This document shows, piece by piece, positions 51,568 to 64,000 of a stretch of DNA of 64,000 nt. The notes beneath the pieces were generated by a model. The model was not told where the DNA came from, did no database searches, and was given only the letters and a program-made list of their open reading frames with translations. Source of the DNA: Octopus vulgaris. Its lineage: Eukaryota. Each line of letters starts with the position of its first letter. Positions within the stretch are counted from its first letter, which is position 1. The position numbers and the translations under genes are program-made. The stretch covers positions 13,640,001 to 13,704,000 of the forward strand of contig OX597840.1 of the NCBI GenBank assembly GCA_951406725.2, given 5' to 3'.

Positions 51568-52658
51568 AACCATCAATGGTGGTTTCAGAAATTCTGAGCT
51601 GGAAACTACAGCCTAGAAGAGGTGCTTCATCCCGGAGGATCTGTAAAGCTCAATGAGGACGTCCTGCAAACCTTGCATGCCATTGGAAAAATCAGCAAAA
51701 TGGGTCAATGGCTTCATCACAAATTTCCCAAGTCTAATCGCTCACAGAGAGTGAATGTGTGCTCTTCTTTGCTGTCATGTCTCATGAATAGACCTTTTTT
51801 GGTGAGAAATGTGTTCTCTATAAATACATCAAGTGCTGAAGACAGTGGGTAGGGAAAGGAGAAACATTGACACCTCAGGCTAAAGAAGGTCTTCACCCAT
51901 ATAATGTGTTGTTATATATTGGTGGGATATGAAAGGTTTAATTCGCTTTCAACTTTTAAACTCATACCAAATGATAACAAAGGAGATCTATTGCAAGCAG
52001 TTTGACCGGTTTAACCTTTTCATTACTGCATTTATTTTGAAATGCTCTGTGTTTCTTTCAATTATTTTAAATGTAACAAAGAATTTAGTAAAATAACTTA
52101 GTTATCATTCAGCTAGTGTTAGGAACATAAATTGTGACTAAGGTTTGGTGGAAGATTTTAATTCAATACTTATGAAAACAAGACATTTGTACTAGAGAGC
52201 CAGAGGTGGTTTCAACCGGTAATGAAAGTACTAGAAGTACTAGAACCACCTTTAGTTTCAAGACGAAAAGTGTTCTTTCATGAGGATAATGCTTGGCTAC
52301 ATACAATGGCAATGACATTCCAAATGCTGGAGCAGTTTGAATAGAAAACAATACCCCACCATCTATATTCACCGGACATTGCCCCATCTGATTAGCATTT
52401 ATTCTGCAGTCTTCAAAAGCATTTGGATGGATAAAATATGAATTCTGTAGACGAGGTAAGAACAGTAGTGGAGAAGTATTTTTTGTCATGGACAAGTGAA
52501 TTTTATAAGAGGGGACTTACAAGTCTATCAGATAGATGGAAGAGCATTGTAGGAAATGAAGGAGAGAATATTTTTGATTAAAAAAGAACTTTGTTTATCT
52601 TAACTTTGAAAAATAATAGAAGTATAAAAAAACCACATTATTTATGGGATGACCCAAT
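51568..52658 (+). mobile_element. Mariner (DD34D) transposase relic, interrupted by a TTAA-inserted MITE at about 52012-52228
   Basis: QWWFQKF..GNYSLEE, LHAIGKISKMGQW, GEKCVLY, HEDNA and YSPDIAPSD motifs; right TIR ...gggatgacccaat. Confidence 0.88.
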
Positions 52659-53164
52659 CCAAGAGGTATTCAGACTCTGCAGAGGGAGTATACAACCACC
52701 ACAGGTAACGGAATATAAACATAAACATAAATATAAATATTAATATAGACATGTAAATAATATTTTCACATATAAACCCCAACAAGCCACCAAACCAACT
52801 GACTGTAGCCCATGCTGGAGCACTGCCTTTAGTTGAAGAAATCAACCCCAAGACTCATTCTTTGTAAGCTTAGTACTTATTCTATCGGTCTCTTTTGCCA
52901 AACCGCTAAGTTACGGGGACATAAACACACCAACATTGGTGTCAAGTGATGGTGATAGGACAAACACAGACATTTCCGTCTACCGAATCCACTCACAAGG
53001 CTTTTTTTGGTGTGAGGCTATAGTGGAAGACACTTGTCCAAGGTGCCATGAAGTGGGACTGAACCTGGAACCATCTGGTTGAGACGGAAGCTTCTTTTTA
53101 CTAGAGAGCCACTCATGTGCCTATATATATATGTATATATATATATATTTATACATATATATAT

Positions 53165-53435
53165 TTAAAATAATAAGGGTGAAAAATTGAATATTAATTT
53201 GATTAATATCGATGTAAAACCAGTGGTCTAGCATATAGAAAAATCTGAAGATTCAGAAAAATTATATTACCTACATATAAGAGGGAAGACCACTAAGTGG
53301 GCATCCATATGCTAGAAGTCGACCCCCTTTGGTTTTACCACTAAGAAAGGAACATTCTTTTCTTAGTGGTAAGACCATAGGGGGTCGACTTCTAGCATAT
53401 GGATGTCCACTTAGTGGTCATCCCTCGTATATGTA
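53165..53435 (-). mobile_element. PLE-like fragment with about 78-bp fold-back in (TA)n
   Basis: Arms 53272-53349 / 53357-53435. Confidence 0.65.
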
Positions 53436-53553
53436 TATATAAATAGCGAGGATGATCTGGTTCTTGACTGAAGATTAAAGGCTTCAAATGACCCGTCCGT
53501 GTTTTTTGTATCGTCTATTTGGATGTTTTGCGTTCTTGTCCCAATTGTATTTT

Positions 53554-53594
<41 letters not shown>

Positions 53595-54059
53595 GATCGT
53601 TTGTCCGTTGCCAGCCTCACCTGGCCCCCATGCCATTGGCACGTAAAAGCACCATCCACTCGTGTCCGTTGCCAGCCTCGCCTGGCCCCCGTGCCGGTAG
53701 CACGTAAAAGCGCCATCCGTTCGTGACCGTTTGCCAGCTCTGTCTGGCACCTGTGCAGGTGGCACGTAAAAAGCACCCACTACACTCATGGAGTGGTTGG
53801 CGTTAGGAAGGGCATCCAGCCGTAGAAACACTGCCAAATCTGACTGGGCCTGATGAAGCCTTCCGGCTTCACAGACCCCAGTTAAACCATCCAACCCATG
53901 CTAGCATGGAAAACGGACGCTAAATGATGATGATGATGATGATGATGATGTATATATACACACATACTAAAAATCTATACAGAAACATATACATATACAC
54001 ATTAACTCTCACAAAAAAATATGCAAATATACACACAAACACAAGATATACACATCAAT

Positions 54060-54103
<44 letters not shown>

Positions 54104-54832
54104 GTGCACATACGCTCACACATACAAACACACCTATCAACACAAATGCACCAAGAATTCAGATAAAAGTTGGAATATGATCCAGCTGCATGATCATCAC
54201 ATCCCCTGCAACAGGTGCAAACGTGTGCATGTTTCTGTATTAATTGTGAGCAGCTGAACTGCTGTCTGCATCTGGTTGTCAGTAACAACACTTGTAAATA
54301 GTAGCTGCATTGTGCAAAAATCTGCACACGTGCATTAATCATTATTTGCGTATCATATGAAATATGGTGCATTGCACAATATTTCTGGTTTGTTTCTCTT
54401 TTCTTCATTGCAGCTACATACGTACATATCCACACATGCATGTTAACATGTACATAGAACAGTAAGTGTACATGTGTCATTTGGAAGCTTCCTTCCAAAT
54501 GATATGATTTCATTTTCCCTCCCACTGCATAGCATCTTGAACAAGTTTTTCTACTATAACCCAAAGCCAACCAAAACCTTGTTAATGGATTCGGTAGGTG
54601 GAAACTGAAAGAAACTCATTGTATATACATATATAGGCATGGCTGTGTGGTAAGAAGCTTGCTTCCCAACCACATGGTTCTGGGTTCAGTCCCACTGTAT
54701 GTCACCTTGGTCAAGTGTCTTCTACTGTAGCCTCGAGCCAACCAAAGCCTTGTTAGTGGATTTGGTAGATGGAAACTGAAAGAAAATCATTGTATATATA
54801 TATGTATGTGTATATCATCATCATCATCATCA

Positions 54833-54877
<45 letters not shown>

Positions 54878-55185
54878 TGTGTGTTGAGAAGCTTGCTTCT
54901 CAATCACATGGTTTCGGGTTCAGTCCCACTGTGTGACACCATGGGCAAGTATCTTCTACTATAATCTCAGACTGACTGAAGCCTTGTGAGTTGATTTGTA
55001 GATGGAGACTGAAAGAAACCTGTTGTATATATATGGAATTTTGTCAGTGAACAGATTGCAGTCTCAAAGTGACAAAAAAAATTTTGACAAATTAAATTCA
55101 AATGTTGAAGTGAATCTAATGGTTTTTGTGTGTGTTTCAAATGGCTTATAAACTCCTTCCACGCTGCAACTGTTTGCATATATAT

Positions 55186-55230
<45 letters not shown>

Positions 55231-55232
55231 TA

Positions 55233-55515
55233 CAAAGTGAGATAGGGGTTATGAGTGTAACTCACTATGGGATATCAGTTATCCAATATACTGCTGGTGA
55301 AGTACCCAAAATGCAAATACATGAATGCTTATAATTGCAATGCAATTAATTCATTTATTGTATCGGATGGGCGAAGGTAAAATATTCATAATACAAATAA
55401 GAAAATGGAGGAACAGACTCCTTTCAATCATCGACTTAAGCAGTTAATAAATAATATGAATTGGTAATATCTGTAAGTCGATGATTGAAAGGAATCTGTT
55501 CCTCCATTTTCTTAT
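55233..55515 (-). mobile_element. PLE-like fragment with 42-bp fold-back in (TA)n
   Basis: Arms 55397-55438 / 55474-55515 with one mismatch; homologous to 13333-13562. Confidence 0.65.
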
Positions 55516-55528
55516 ATATATATATTTG

Positions 55529-55916
55529 TAGGCGCAGGAGTGGCTGTGTGGTAAGTAGCTTGCTAACCAGTCACATGGTTCCGGGTTCAGTCCCACTGCG
55601 CGGCATCTTGGGCAAGTGTCTTCTGCTATAGCCCCGGGCCAACCAATGCCTTGTGAGTGGATTTGGTAGACGGAAACTGAAAGAAGCCTGTCGTATATAT
55701 GTATATATATGTATGTATGTGTGTGTATATGTTTGTGTGTCTGTGTTTGTCCCTCTAGCATTGCTTGACAACCGATGCTGGTGTGTTTACGTCCCCCGAT
55801 AGAATAAGTACTGGGCTTACAAAAGAATAAGTCCCGGGGTCAAGTTGCTCGATTAAAAGGCGGTGCTCCAGCATGGCCGCAGTCAAATGACTGAAACAAG
55901 TAAAAGAGTAAAGAGT
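55529..55916 (+). mobile_element. SINE family A
   Basis: Same consensus. Confidence 0.9.
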
Positions 55917-57871
55917 AAATATATATATATATATATGGCACGTAAAAAGCACCATCCATTCGTGGCCGTTGCCAGCCTTGCCTGGCCCCCGTGCCGGTGG
56001 CACATAAAAAGCGCCATCCGATTGTGGCCGTTTGCCAGACTTGTCTGGCACCTGTGCCGGTGGCACGTAAAAAGCACCCACTACACTCTCAGAGTGGTTG
56101 GCGTTAGGAAGGGCATCCAGCCGTAGAAACATTGCCAGATCAGACTGGGCCTGGTGCAGCCTTCTGGCTTCCCAGACCCCAGTTGAACCATCCAACCCAT
56201 GCTAGCATGGAAAGCGGACGCTAAACGATGATGATGATGATGATGATGATGATATATATATATATATATACACATTCTTTTATTCTTTTGCTTGTTTCAG
56301 TCATTTGACTGTAGCCATGCTGGAGCATCACCTTAACGAGTCTTTTTAGTCAAAGAAATTGACTCCAAGACTTATTCTTTGAAAGTCTTGTACTTATTCT
56401 GTGGGTCTCCTTTGCCGAACTGCTATGTTATGGGGATGTAAACACACCAGCATCAGTTATCAGGTGATGGTTGGGGGACAAACACAGACACTCCTTTTGT
56501 TGTTATTGCACAGTCTAAGGTTAGTTCTGATTGACCTAACTAATGATAAAAGGGTTGAAACAGTGAACATTGCATTTTTTTTTTGTTTATAATGGGATTA
56601 TATTGTCAAAGTGATTTGAGAGAAATTAAGGTGCTGTTACAAGCAATTGGAATGACCATTCAGAGAAGGTGATAACTGGCTACCATGGAGAGGGTCCCTT
56701 AACTATTGTTGTTTATCTTCAGGTTAACCCTTAAACATTCGGATTACTCTGTTAAATGTAAAGCTTATTTATATACATTCTTTCAAATTAATCCTGCATT
56801 ATCTCATAGCTTTGGGATTGCAATTATGTGATTGTTTATTTTTAGGATGACATTGTAGGATAAATATGAGAGGCTGGATCTAGCAGTTTTGAGTATAAAT
56901 CAGATAGAATATTTAGGCTAGATGTGACCAGTTTAAATGTTAAAGGGTGCAATCTGATTGATCAGACCTATGATGAAAAAATGTTCCATTCATGTCTGTC
57001 CTATCTATTTGTGTATCCAAGACTACAAACCATTATGTCCAATTTTCCTACTTTTTTAAAGACTAGTAGTGTGTAGGTTGACTAATAACTCAAATTTTAA
57101 CAGTGAAATTGTTTTGTACTTAAAGAGAAGAGCAGTAACTAGTGTTGAAATATTTCTAAATTTATGGATATGCATCTAATTTTTGTGGCTTTATGTTTGG
57201 ACTATTCAAAAAAAAAAAAGCATAAGTGAATTTAGGAGTTATAGAATTTAGTTAAATTAAATGAAATTGTGACATTCTAAAATCGTGAGGTAATATAAAA
57301 TTATGCAAACTTGATGAAATTCTTGAAGTGGGAGGAATGTTATTAAATTAGTGAAGTGAACTGAGGATGACATGGAATTAAAATAGATTAGGAGAAAAAT
57401 CAGAAAAATGTTAATCATTGTAGAAGAGCAAAAGGGATTTGCAGTTATGTTAACAATATTTTGAAGTGAGGATTGCTAATCATGTTATGCTATGTGACAA
57501 GAGAGAACGAGGTTAAAGAAATATATGAGTATGTAAGTTAAATTAAAAATATTTCAGTGTATTCTAAATAACTGAAGTCAAGATAATCCTTCATTTAGAA
57601 GAAGATTAAAGAAGCATACTCAAAAATGTGATCTGAGAAATGAGAAAGGAAGAAAAAAGGTTTTGAAGATCTAATAAGAACATGCAGAACTGATAGGGCT
57701 ACTCAAAGGTGCATATATAAATGTATGCATATACGCACACAGAGTTATACATACATGCATATATATATATAAGTTCAGCAAAAATTTAGATTCAAATGAA
57801 TATGGTACTTAATTTGGATGCACCAGAATTCTGTATGGTGTTATCCATATAAATCCAATAAGCTTATTTTG

Positions 57872-57988
<117 letters not shown>

Positions 57989-58628
57989 GTACACATAAAC
58001 ATCAACATATACTTGTATACCCACTAATATTCATGCGTATCTGCAACACCACACATTCACACATACACATTCACACATACATGCAGATATTTATCTATAC
58101 AAGCACAGGTACACTCGATCTTATGATTTATGTCAATTTGGATGGCGGCATTTATGTAAAGGTCAGGTCATGCACTAACAAATCTATTTTTCTTGTAATT
58201 AACTGTACTTTTACCTATTTAAAAAAGTTTGTGATGTATTGTCACTTTGTCAGATGTTCCACTTGTAATAACATAATCCAAATACTTGTTTCATTGCTGG
58301 ACCATCGGCAACTAAATTACAAAAACCATTCAAGAACTCTCATCCTGGTCTGTGGAGGGTGAATGGACACCTTGAAAGGACAATAGAGAATGCCTATTTA
58401 TGAATGCTGTCTAAACAGTTCTGAAACCTCTTAAATCACAACTCTGAGTCTCACGATTTGAGTTGTTAAAAGTGGTTTCTGATGAGTAACAGAGAAACAG
58501 TCTTCAGGCAAAACTATTCAAAATCAGATCCAATATATAATTGGTTATAATAATTAGTTTTCATGATTGGTTATTACAATTGGTTATTAAGGTTGGTTAT
58601 TATGATTTGTTATTATGATTGGTTATTA

Positions 58629-59194
58629 TTGGGTTGTCCGGAAAGTTCGTGCCGATTTATAGTAGCTTACATTTTGACTTATTTTAGAACATGGTTGAGT
58701 CCATAAAATAGGATTTGACTACACCTCCATTTAGAGCACAGTTTAAGCTATCTTTTCGTGGAAGAAGGTTTATGTTACTATAACCTGTGTTAATTCTGTA
58801 ACCCTTTAAAATGGAAGCTAAGAAAGTTCATTTTCAGCACTTGATGCTTTGGGAACCAGACAAAAATTGCTGCAGCTTGGCTGGGATGTGTTACCCCACC
58901 CTCCATATTCACCAGATATTGCTCCTTCGGATATTCACTTATTCAGGTCTCTGCAGAATAGTCTTAATGATAAAAATTTCAATTCCTTGGTTGACGTAAA
59001 AAGATACCTTGATGAATTCTTTGCCATGAGACTACCTCAATTCTGGGAAGAGGGTATTTTCAAGTTAAAGGAAAGATGGAGACGCATTGTGCAACAAAAT
59101 GGTTCATATTTGGTTGATTAAAAATGTAATGGCAAGTATTTATTGACCTTTTTCTTTCCTTTAAAAATCGGCACGATCTTTCTGGACAACCCAA
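58629..59194 (+). mobile_element. Internally deleted mariner with both TIRs and TA TSD
   Basis: TIRs ttgggttgtccggaaagttcgtgccgattt / aaatcggcacgatctttctggacaacccaa; ATG at 58811 (MEAKKVHF) joined out of frame to LPHPPYSPDIAPSD...NGSYLVD* ending 59121. Confidence 0.95.
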
Positions 59195-59599
59195 TAGTAC
59201 ATTGAAATTGCGTATAAAATCTTTTGGAAAACATTTTAATCTATTCATTACCAAGTGCAGAAACTCGTGATATTCTCATGTGAGAAAATATTTTCTTCTT
59301 TTTAGTTTTTATTGGTGAACACCTGAATATTTTTAAAAATGGGACAACCTTTCAGCATAGGATATTGAAAAATCAATTAATTAACAAAAAATATTTGCTT
59401 CCTTGTTACTGTGAGAAATTTCCCATTAAACAGTGATGGAAGTGTCTACAAGAATTCACCAGTTGTGGTCTTTTGTTCAAAATTGTAAAATGTTGCAGTA
59501 AAATATTGTACTTCTTGGAGTGTTATTGATTGTTTCTCCTAGAACTGATAAAAGGAGTCAACTGATCTTACAATTGTTATTATCTTTTAGACATCAGAT

Positions 59600-60975
59600 A
59601 GTGAAGTACCAAGTATCTGAGTGTTTCAATGTATATATAAATTGCAAAAATTTATTTTTTCTTTGGAAGGTTTTCAGAGAGCCAAAATAGCTTTCTTATT
59701 CCACTGTCATTTGCAAGAAAAAGTTCAGCAAGACAAATTCTTTAAAGTGCAGATATTGGGGTTGTTACAATTACAAAAAGATGAGGAATTTTGTGTGTCC
59801 ATATTGAAAAGAATAAATATATACTGGCTCCAAAAGCAATGAAGATTTTTGTGCAACTGCTACTTTTACTAAACATCAGATTATATCTATTGTCTATGGA
59901 GAAATGTCTATGTAAAAATTTCAAAAGCTCCAAGTAATATAAGAAAAATCTCTTAAACTGTAGGATAATTGTATTACAGAATCTTTCATTCCATATTTTT
60001 TGTATTTATGTATTTAGTGTTATTCCTTATGTAAAGAATTTTGTCTTTGAAGCCTCCATCATTAAATGGATCATTGCAATAATGAATAGCATCATCAAAA
60101 GATTCTTTGTTTGAGGCTATGTGTTCACTGATGTTACCGAGTTTGTGTAGAATGGTTGAAATTTATATAAGTGATCTATAATTTCTCATTAAGCTTATTA
60201 AAAAGACAGTATTTACTAATTGACAGTTCTTTCCAAGAAATTAATAATACTCAGATTCATATCAACTGTGATTTTTTAATCTAATTCTTTTGAAGATATT
60301 GATAAACTCCTTCCTAATAAGAATCCATTGAATGGCCACTCATCTTTTGAGAATGAATAGTCAATCCTCACTGTAAAGATTGTCCTCAATAGATCAGAAC
60401 CTCTTCTGAAGTAAATCTAAATTTATAATCCTATTAATTCAAAATCCTTGACCATCATAAGATCTCATAGCTACATCAAACAATACCAGATCAATATGTT
60501 TACCTCCTCTACACACACATTCATAGCAAGAATTATTGTAAAATAGGATAGGTTTCTTAGAGTACATAATGATATTAATGTCATAATCACTAACTAGAAT
60601 AAAACATCGTATTTGGTTATTGCCAGAAAGAACTTTCCTCCTTCAAAATGCATTCATAAGAATGCTTATTACCTGGTATTACTGAACCACTGCTGATAAA
60701 TAGACTATTATTCCATAACAAAAGAAGAATGGCATGATTAATGTTAACCTGATAAAATCTAAAACTTTTTGCAATGGTTTCACCTATTTTACCTTCAAAT
60801 GGTTTAGTAATATTGATGATAATAATAATAAACATCATTGTAAATTCATGTAGTTTGAGCATGTAGAGTTTTGGCCATCTACTGTAGTAGCAGCAATAGT
60901 AGTAATAGCTATACAGTTGTGTTAGATGGGATGCAGTCCATGTAAGACGGGGGAAATTTTCTTCATGAAACAATG
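59600..60975 (-). mobile_element. Decayed Neptune-type Penelope-like retroelement (RT, Cys linker, start of GIY-YIG)
   Basis: Minus strand, in order: FHEENF, IIMYSKKPILFYNN, FDVAMRSYDG (60451-60480), LYSED*L (about LYRDDGL, 60364-60378), IRKEFINIFK, KITVDMNLSIINFLE, FLHRHF, CNCNNPNICTL (59749-59775), SYFG. Confidence 0.8.
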
Positions 60976-61811
60976 GAATAATTCCAACAGAAACATACAC
61001 AGTTATTTTACAGGAAATGTAGTAATAACAACCATTGTGTGTATCCTTTGCATTATTTCCACCAAATTGTTGTTCCTTGTGCGTTTATATAACAATGGAA
61101 CTACAGAGCAGGCAGTGAAGGCATGCATGCAGCCAGCTCTTAGATTACCCTGCAACTCTACTGATTTATATATATATTATAGAGATTTTCTGTTTCCTCT
61201 TTGCTGTCAGCAGGAGGTCCTTGCTTTGAGGAGCTTCAGTCGTGATTTCCGTTTTCTCTTTCTCTGGTGCAGTGCTTCATACCCTTCAGCAATTCTTTCA
61301 TCTCTTATTTCTCCTCTTTTTACCCAGCAGGAAACTTCCTATCATATAATAATGTATGGTCTGTCTTAACATTACCAGTAAACATCTACATTTACTCCAA
61401 TTAATGTCTTCTTTACTCTTCTTTCAACATTTTCTTCTTTTCTCCTCCTCTTTCTTCTTGTCTTTCAACTTCTTTTATTCTAATTTCCTTTTCATTCTTT
61501 CCTTCATTTTCTCTTGTTTCATTCCCTCTGTTGTAAAGATTTTCTATTCTCCCTTCCTTTCCCTTTTTTAGTTACTTCTTCTTTCATTCCCTTTTTAATT
61601 AGCCATTCATTCTTTTTATTTCACATCTTTTCCTTTCCACAAGCATTTTCCTTCCCATTGCCCTGATAATTTCCAACATTTCTCTCTCTTTCAACATATA
61701 CAAGCCTTTTCAAGAGTCACCTTTATAATCCTAAAACCATTTTCCCTTCTTTTAGTGAAAATGTGAAATGATAACAGCACACACACATTATGAGTGTGTG
61801 TGTGTGTGTGT

Positions 61812-62045
61812 AAAGAGTATTCAAAGTGGTGTACAGATATTGTATATCCAGGGAAAAGAGGCAGTCAGAATTTTGGATAATTCTTTATTAGCGCTTTCGT
61901 TCATTTAAACAAACTCTTCAAGACAAAAATTAAGACCAAAATGATCTTAATTTTGGTCTCAATTTTTGTCTTGAAGAGTTCGTTTAAACGAATGAAAGTG
62001 CTAATAAAGAATTATCCAAAATTCTTAGTGCCTCATTTTCCTCCA
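61812..62045 (-). mobile_element. PLE-like fragment with about 92-bp fold-back; both arms contain an HHR
   Basis: Arms 61851-61942 / 61950-62041 with a 7-nt loop, lying between (TG)n and (TA)n. Confidence 0.75.
61882..61929 (-). ncRNA. Minimal hammerhead-like ribozyme; mirror copy on + at 61963-62010
   Basis: Two-arm consensus uuuuugu-c-UUGAAGA-GUUCG uuuaaa CGAAC-GAAA-GCGC-U-A-auaaaga. Confidence 0.6.
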
Positions 62046-64000
62046 TATATATATGTATATATATACACACACACACACACACACATACATATATATGTAT
62101 GCATGTATGTGTATATATATAGATGACAGGATATTTAGCATATGGAGTCTTTGCTCTGCACAACTTTCCAAAGCTGGGATATCTCAGAAACAGCTGTCAC
62201 AGACTATCTCTACCTTTCATTATATAACTTAATTAAATTAAATGTCCTTGTTAAGTCTTGCCAATTTGTTTACCTCCTCTTTTTACTTTAACCTATGCCT
62301 ATTGACTCAAAGGGAAGCCACTTCTAGCCACTTTGCAATTGTACTCACAAAACAGCAAATTTAACTGCTATTCACACCCGAATTTTAGTGGCATAGCTAT
62401 TCAAGCTTTACTTAGCTAACACTAAGTAAAGCTTGTAGCATTTTATAAAAATATGATATTAGACTTAATTTCTCTTTTCAATTTTGTTTTTTCTCCATTA
62501 TTTCAATATTATATCCTACTCAAATAAAGCTAAAAAGAGACAAACAAACTTAAAAGCAAGAAAAATAATGATTAAAAGGAGGATTCAAATTAATATGTTT
62601 TTGCTAAATTATAAAAACAAACACTATTAAATAGAATTAATTTTTGAAAAAATCGATATTGATAAATATATTTTATATATTATCAACAAATAAAAAAAAT
62701 ATGTATGTAGAAATTCATCAATTATAACATTTCCTTGTTAGAAAAACAACAAATCTTTATTAACAAAAAGAAAAATGTTTTATCAAACTTTACCATAAAC
62801 AACATCACTGTGATCAGTGGCGTTTGATTAAAGTTTATGGTCTGCAATGCTGTCCTCTTTTCTTCATTACCTCGATTAGAACATAATTTATCATTTATTA
62901 GTTTATTTCCTTATAAACTTTCTAATACTTATTAATTTATATCAAAATTATTTTCTTCTTATTGTAGGATAAAGATAAGAGGAAATTAAAACAACTGTAG
63001 AGGAAACAAAAATGCAAAATAAACAAACATCTTGGTAGATTAGAGTAAAAAAATTTCATTATGAAATAATTTAATCATTCAAAATAATTAATACTGATTT
63101 GTTGTTCAATGTTAGCAATGTGAGCACTGGATAATAACATTCACTTCAAGTCATCAATTTTGGGTTAAAATAGAATAGATTTAGGTCTGAATTAATGAAA
63201 TTATATTTTGTATTTAAAATATACACTTTATTTTGTCTCATTTACAGTAAAAAGCTATTTTTATACGAAACTCGTGGGAGACATATCTGCTGGGTCATTG
63301 CTGTCCCAGACTTAGTGTCTCCTTCAATAAATATTTACAAAACTGAGCATTCCTTTGAAATATCACATAAACCAAGAAAATATTTCCTTGTCCAAATATG
63401 GGGCAATAGCTTCCCAATACTTCCATAGTTGCTTCTAGTGAAAAGAAGATACCAAAGTTGTATGAGCTGTAGGCAACCTTAGTTAAATCCATGTCTTAAT
63501 GTGGGTCATCTAGAGTTATCTTCTCTAGTCACATCGTTAACAACAAGGTCACGCTCGTGAGATAGGGATAAAAAGATGCGCACAGCCAAGAACAGCCTCT
63601 TTTGCTGTCCAAAGCGGCTTGCTGCTAACTGCCTCATCTCCCTCTCTGTTCCGGCTACTGGACTGCCCCACATTGATTTAAATTGAGTTGAATCCACTAT
63701 ACCAGTCATGGAAAGCAGCAAGAAAAAAACCTTTTCTTATTCAACTTCCATTCTGTTCGGTTAAATGTTAATTTACAAGCTGTGTATAAATGCTCTTCTC
63801 CCGGATTGGAATAAATACACCATGTACATGAAGGCGTCAAAAACTCATACGAATTATTGTTGTTTCTCACTGGATTAATTCCTACAGCTATCGAAGGATG
63901 ACCGGACATTATATTAAATTAGTGGGTTAAAAGCTCACTAAAGAGCTTTAAAAGTTGAAATGGATGCTATGGCTTTTGGAGGTAAAAATTTCCCCACATA

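Noticed and set aside
58849-59121. SETMAR-like host gene
   Set aside because: It lies between mariner TIRs with a large internal deletion and has no SET domain.
60617-61369. Hydrophobic ORFs (127 and 147 aa) suggesting a membrane receptor
   Set aside because: The minus strand is explained by the decayed PLE and a possible LINE end; no receptor motifs were seen.

Overview
AT-rich, repeat-saturated animal DNA. It is most likely an Octopus/coleoid cephalopod genome, inferred from recalled SINE families and (TA)n/(CA)n density; no search was run. Only one host CDS is supported: an intron-free TMEM69/DUF3429 ORF at 25274-26125 (+). There are two candidate promoter/first-exon regions (about 10.5 kb on -, about 20 kb on +). 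The rest is nested transposon debris: three or more tRNA-derived SINE families, RTE LINE fragments and 3' tails, Tc1/mariner, maT and hAT relics, piggyBac-like and Merlin-like MITEs, Helitrons, a Gypsy integrase relic and a decayed Neptune-type Penelope-like element (PLE). The most interesting signal is about a dozen short (100-450 bp) insertions from several families, mostly beside or inside (TA)n tracts. Many end in fold-back inverted duplications, and five loci carry recognisable minimal hammerhead ribozyme (HHR) cores with palindromic helix III. This points to a microsatellite-targeting, ribozyme-bearing PLE system that partly uses SINE-borne microsatellites as landing pads. All coordinates and translations were done by eye.
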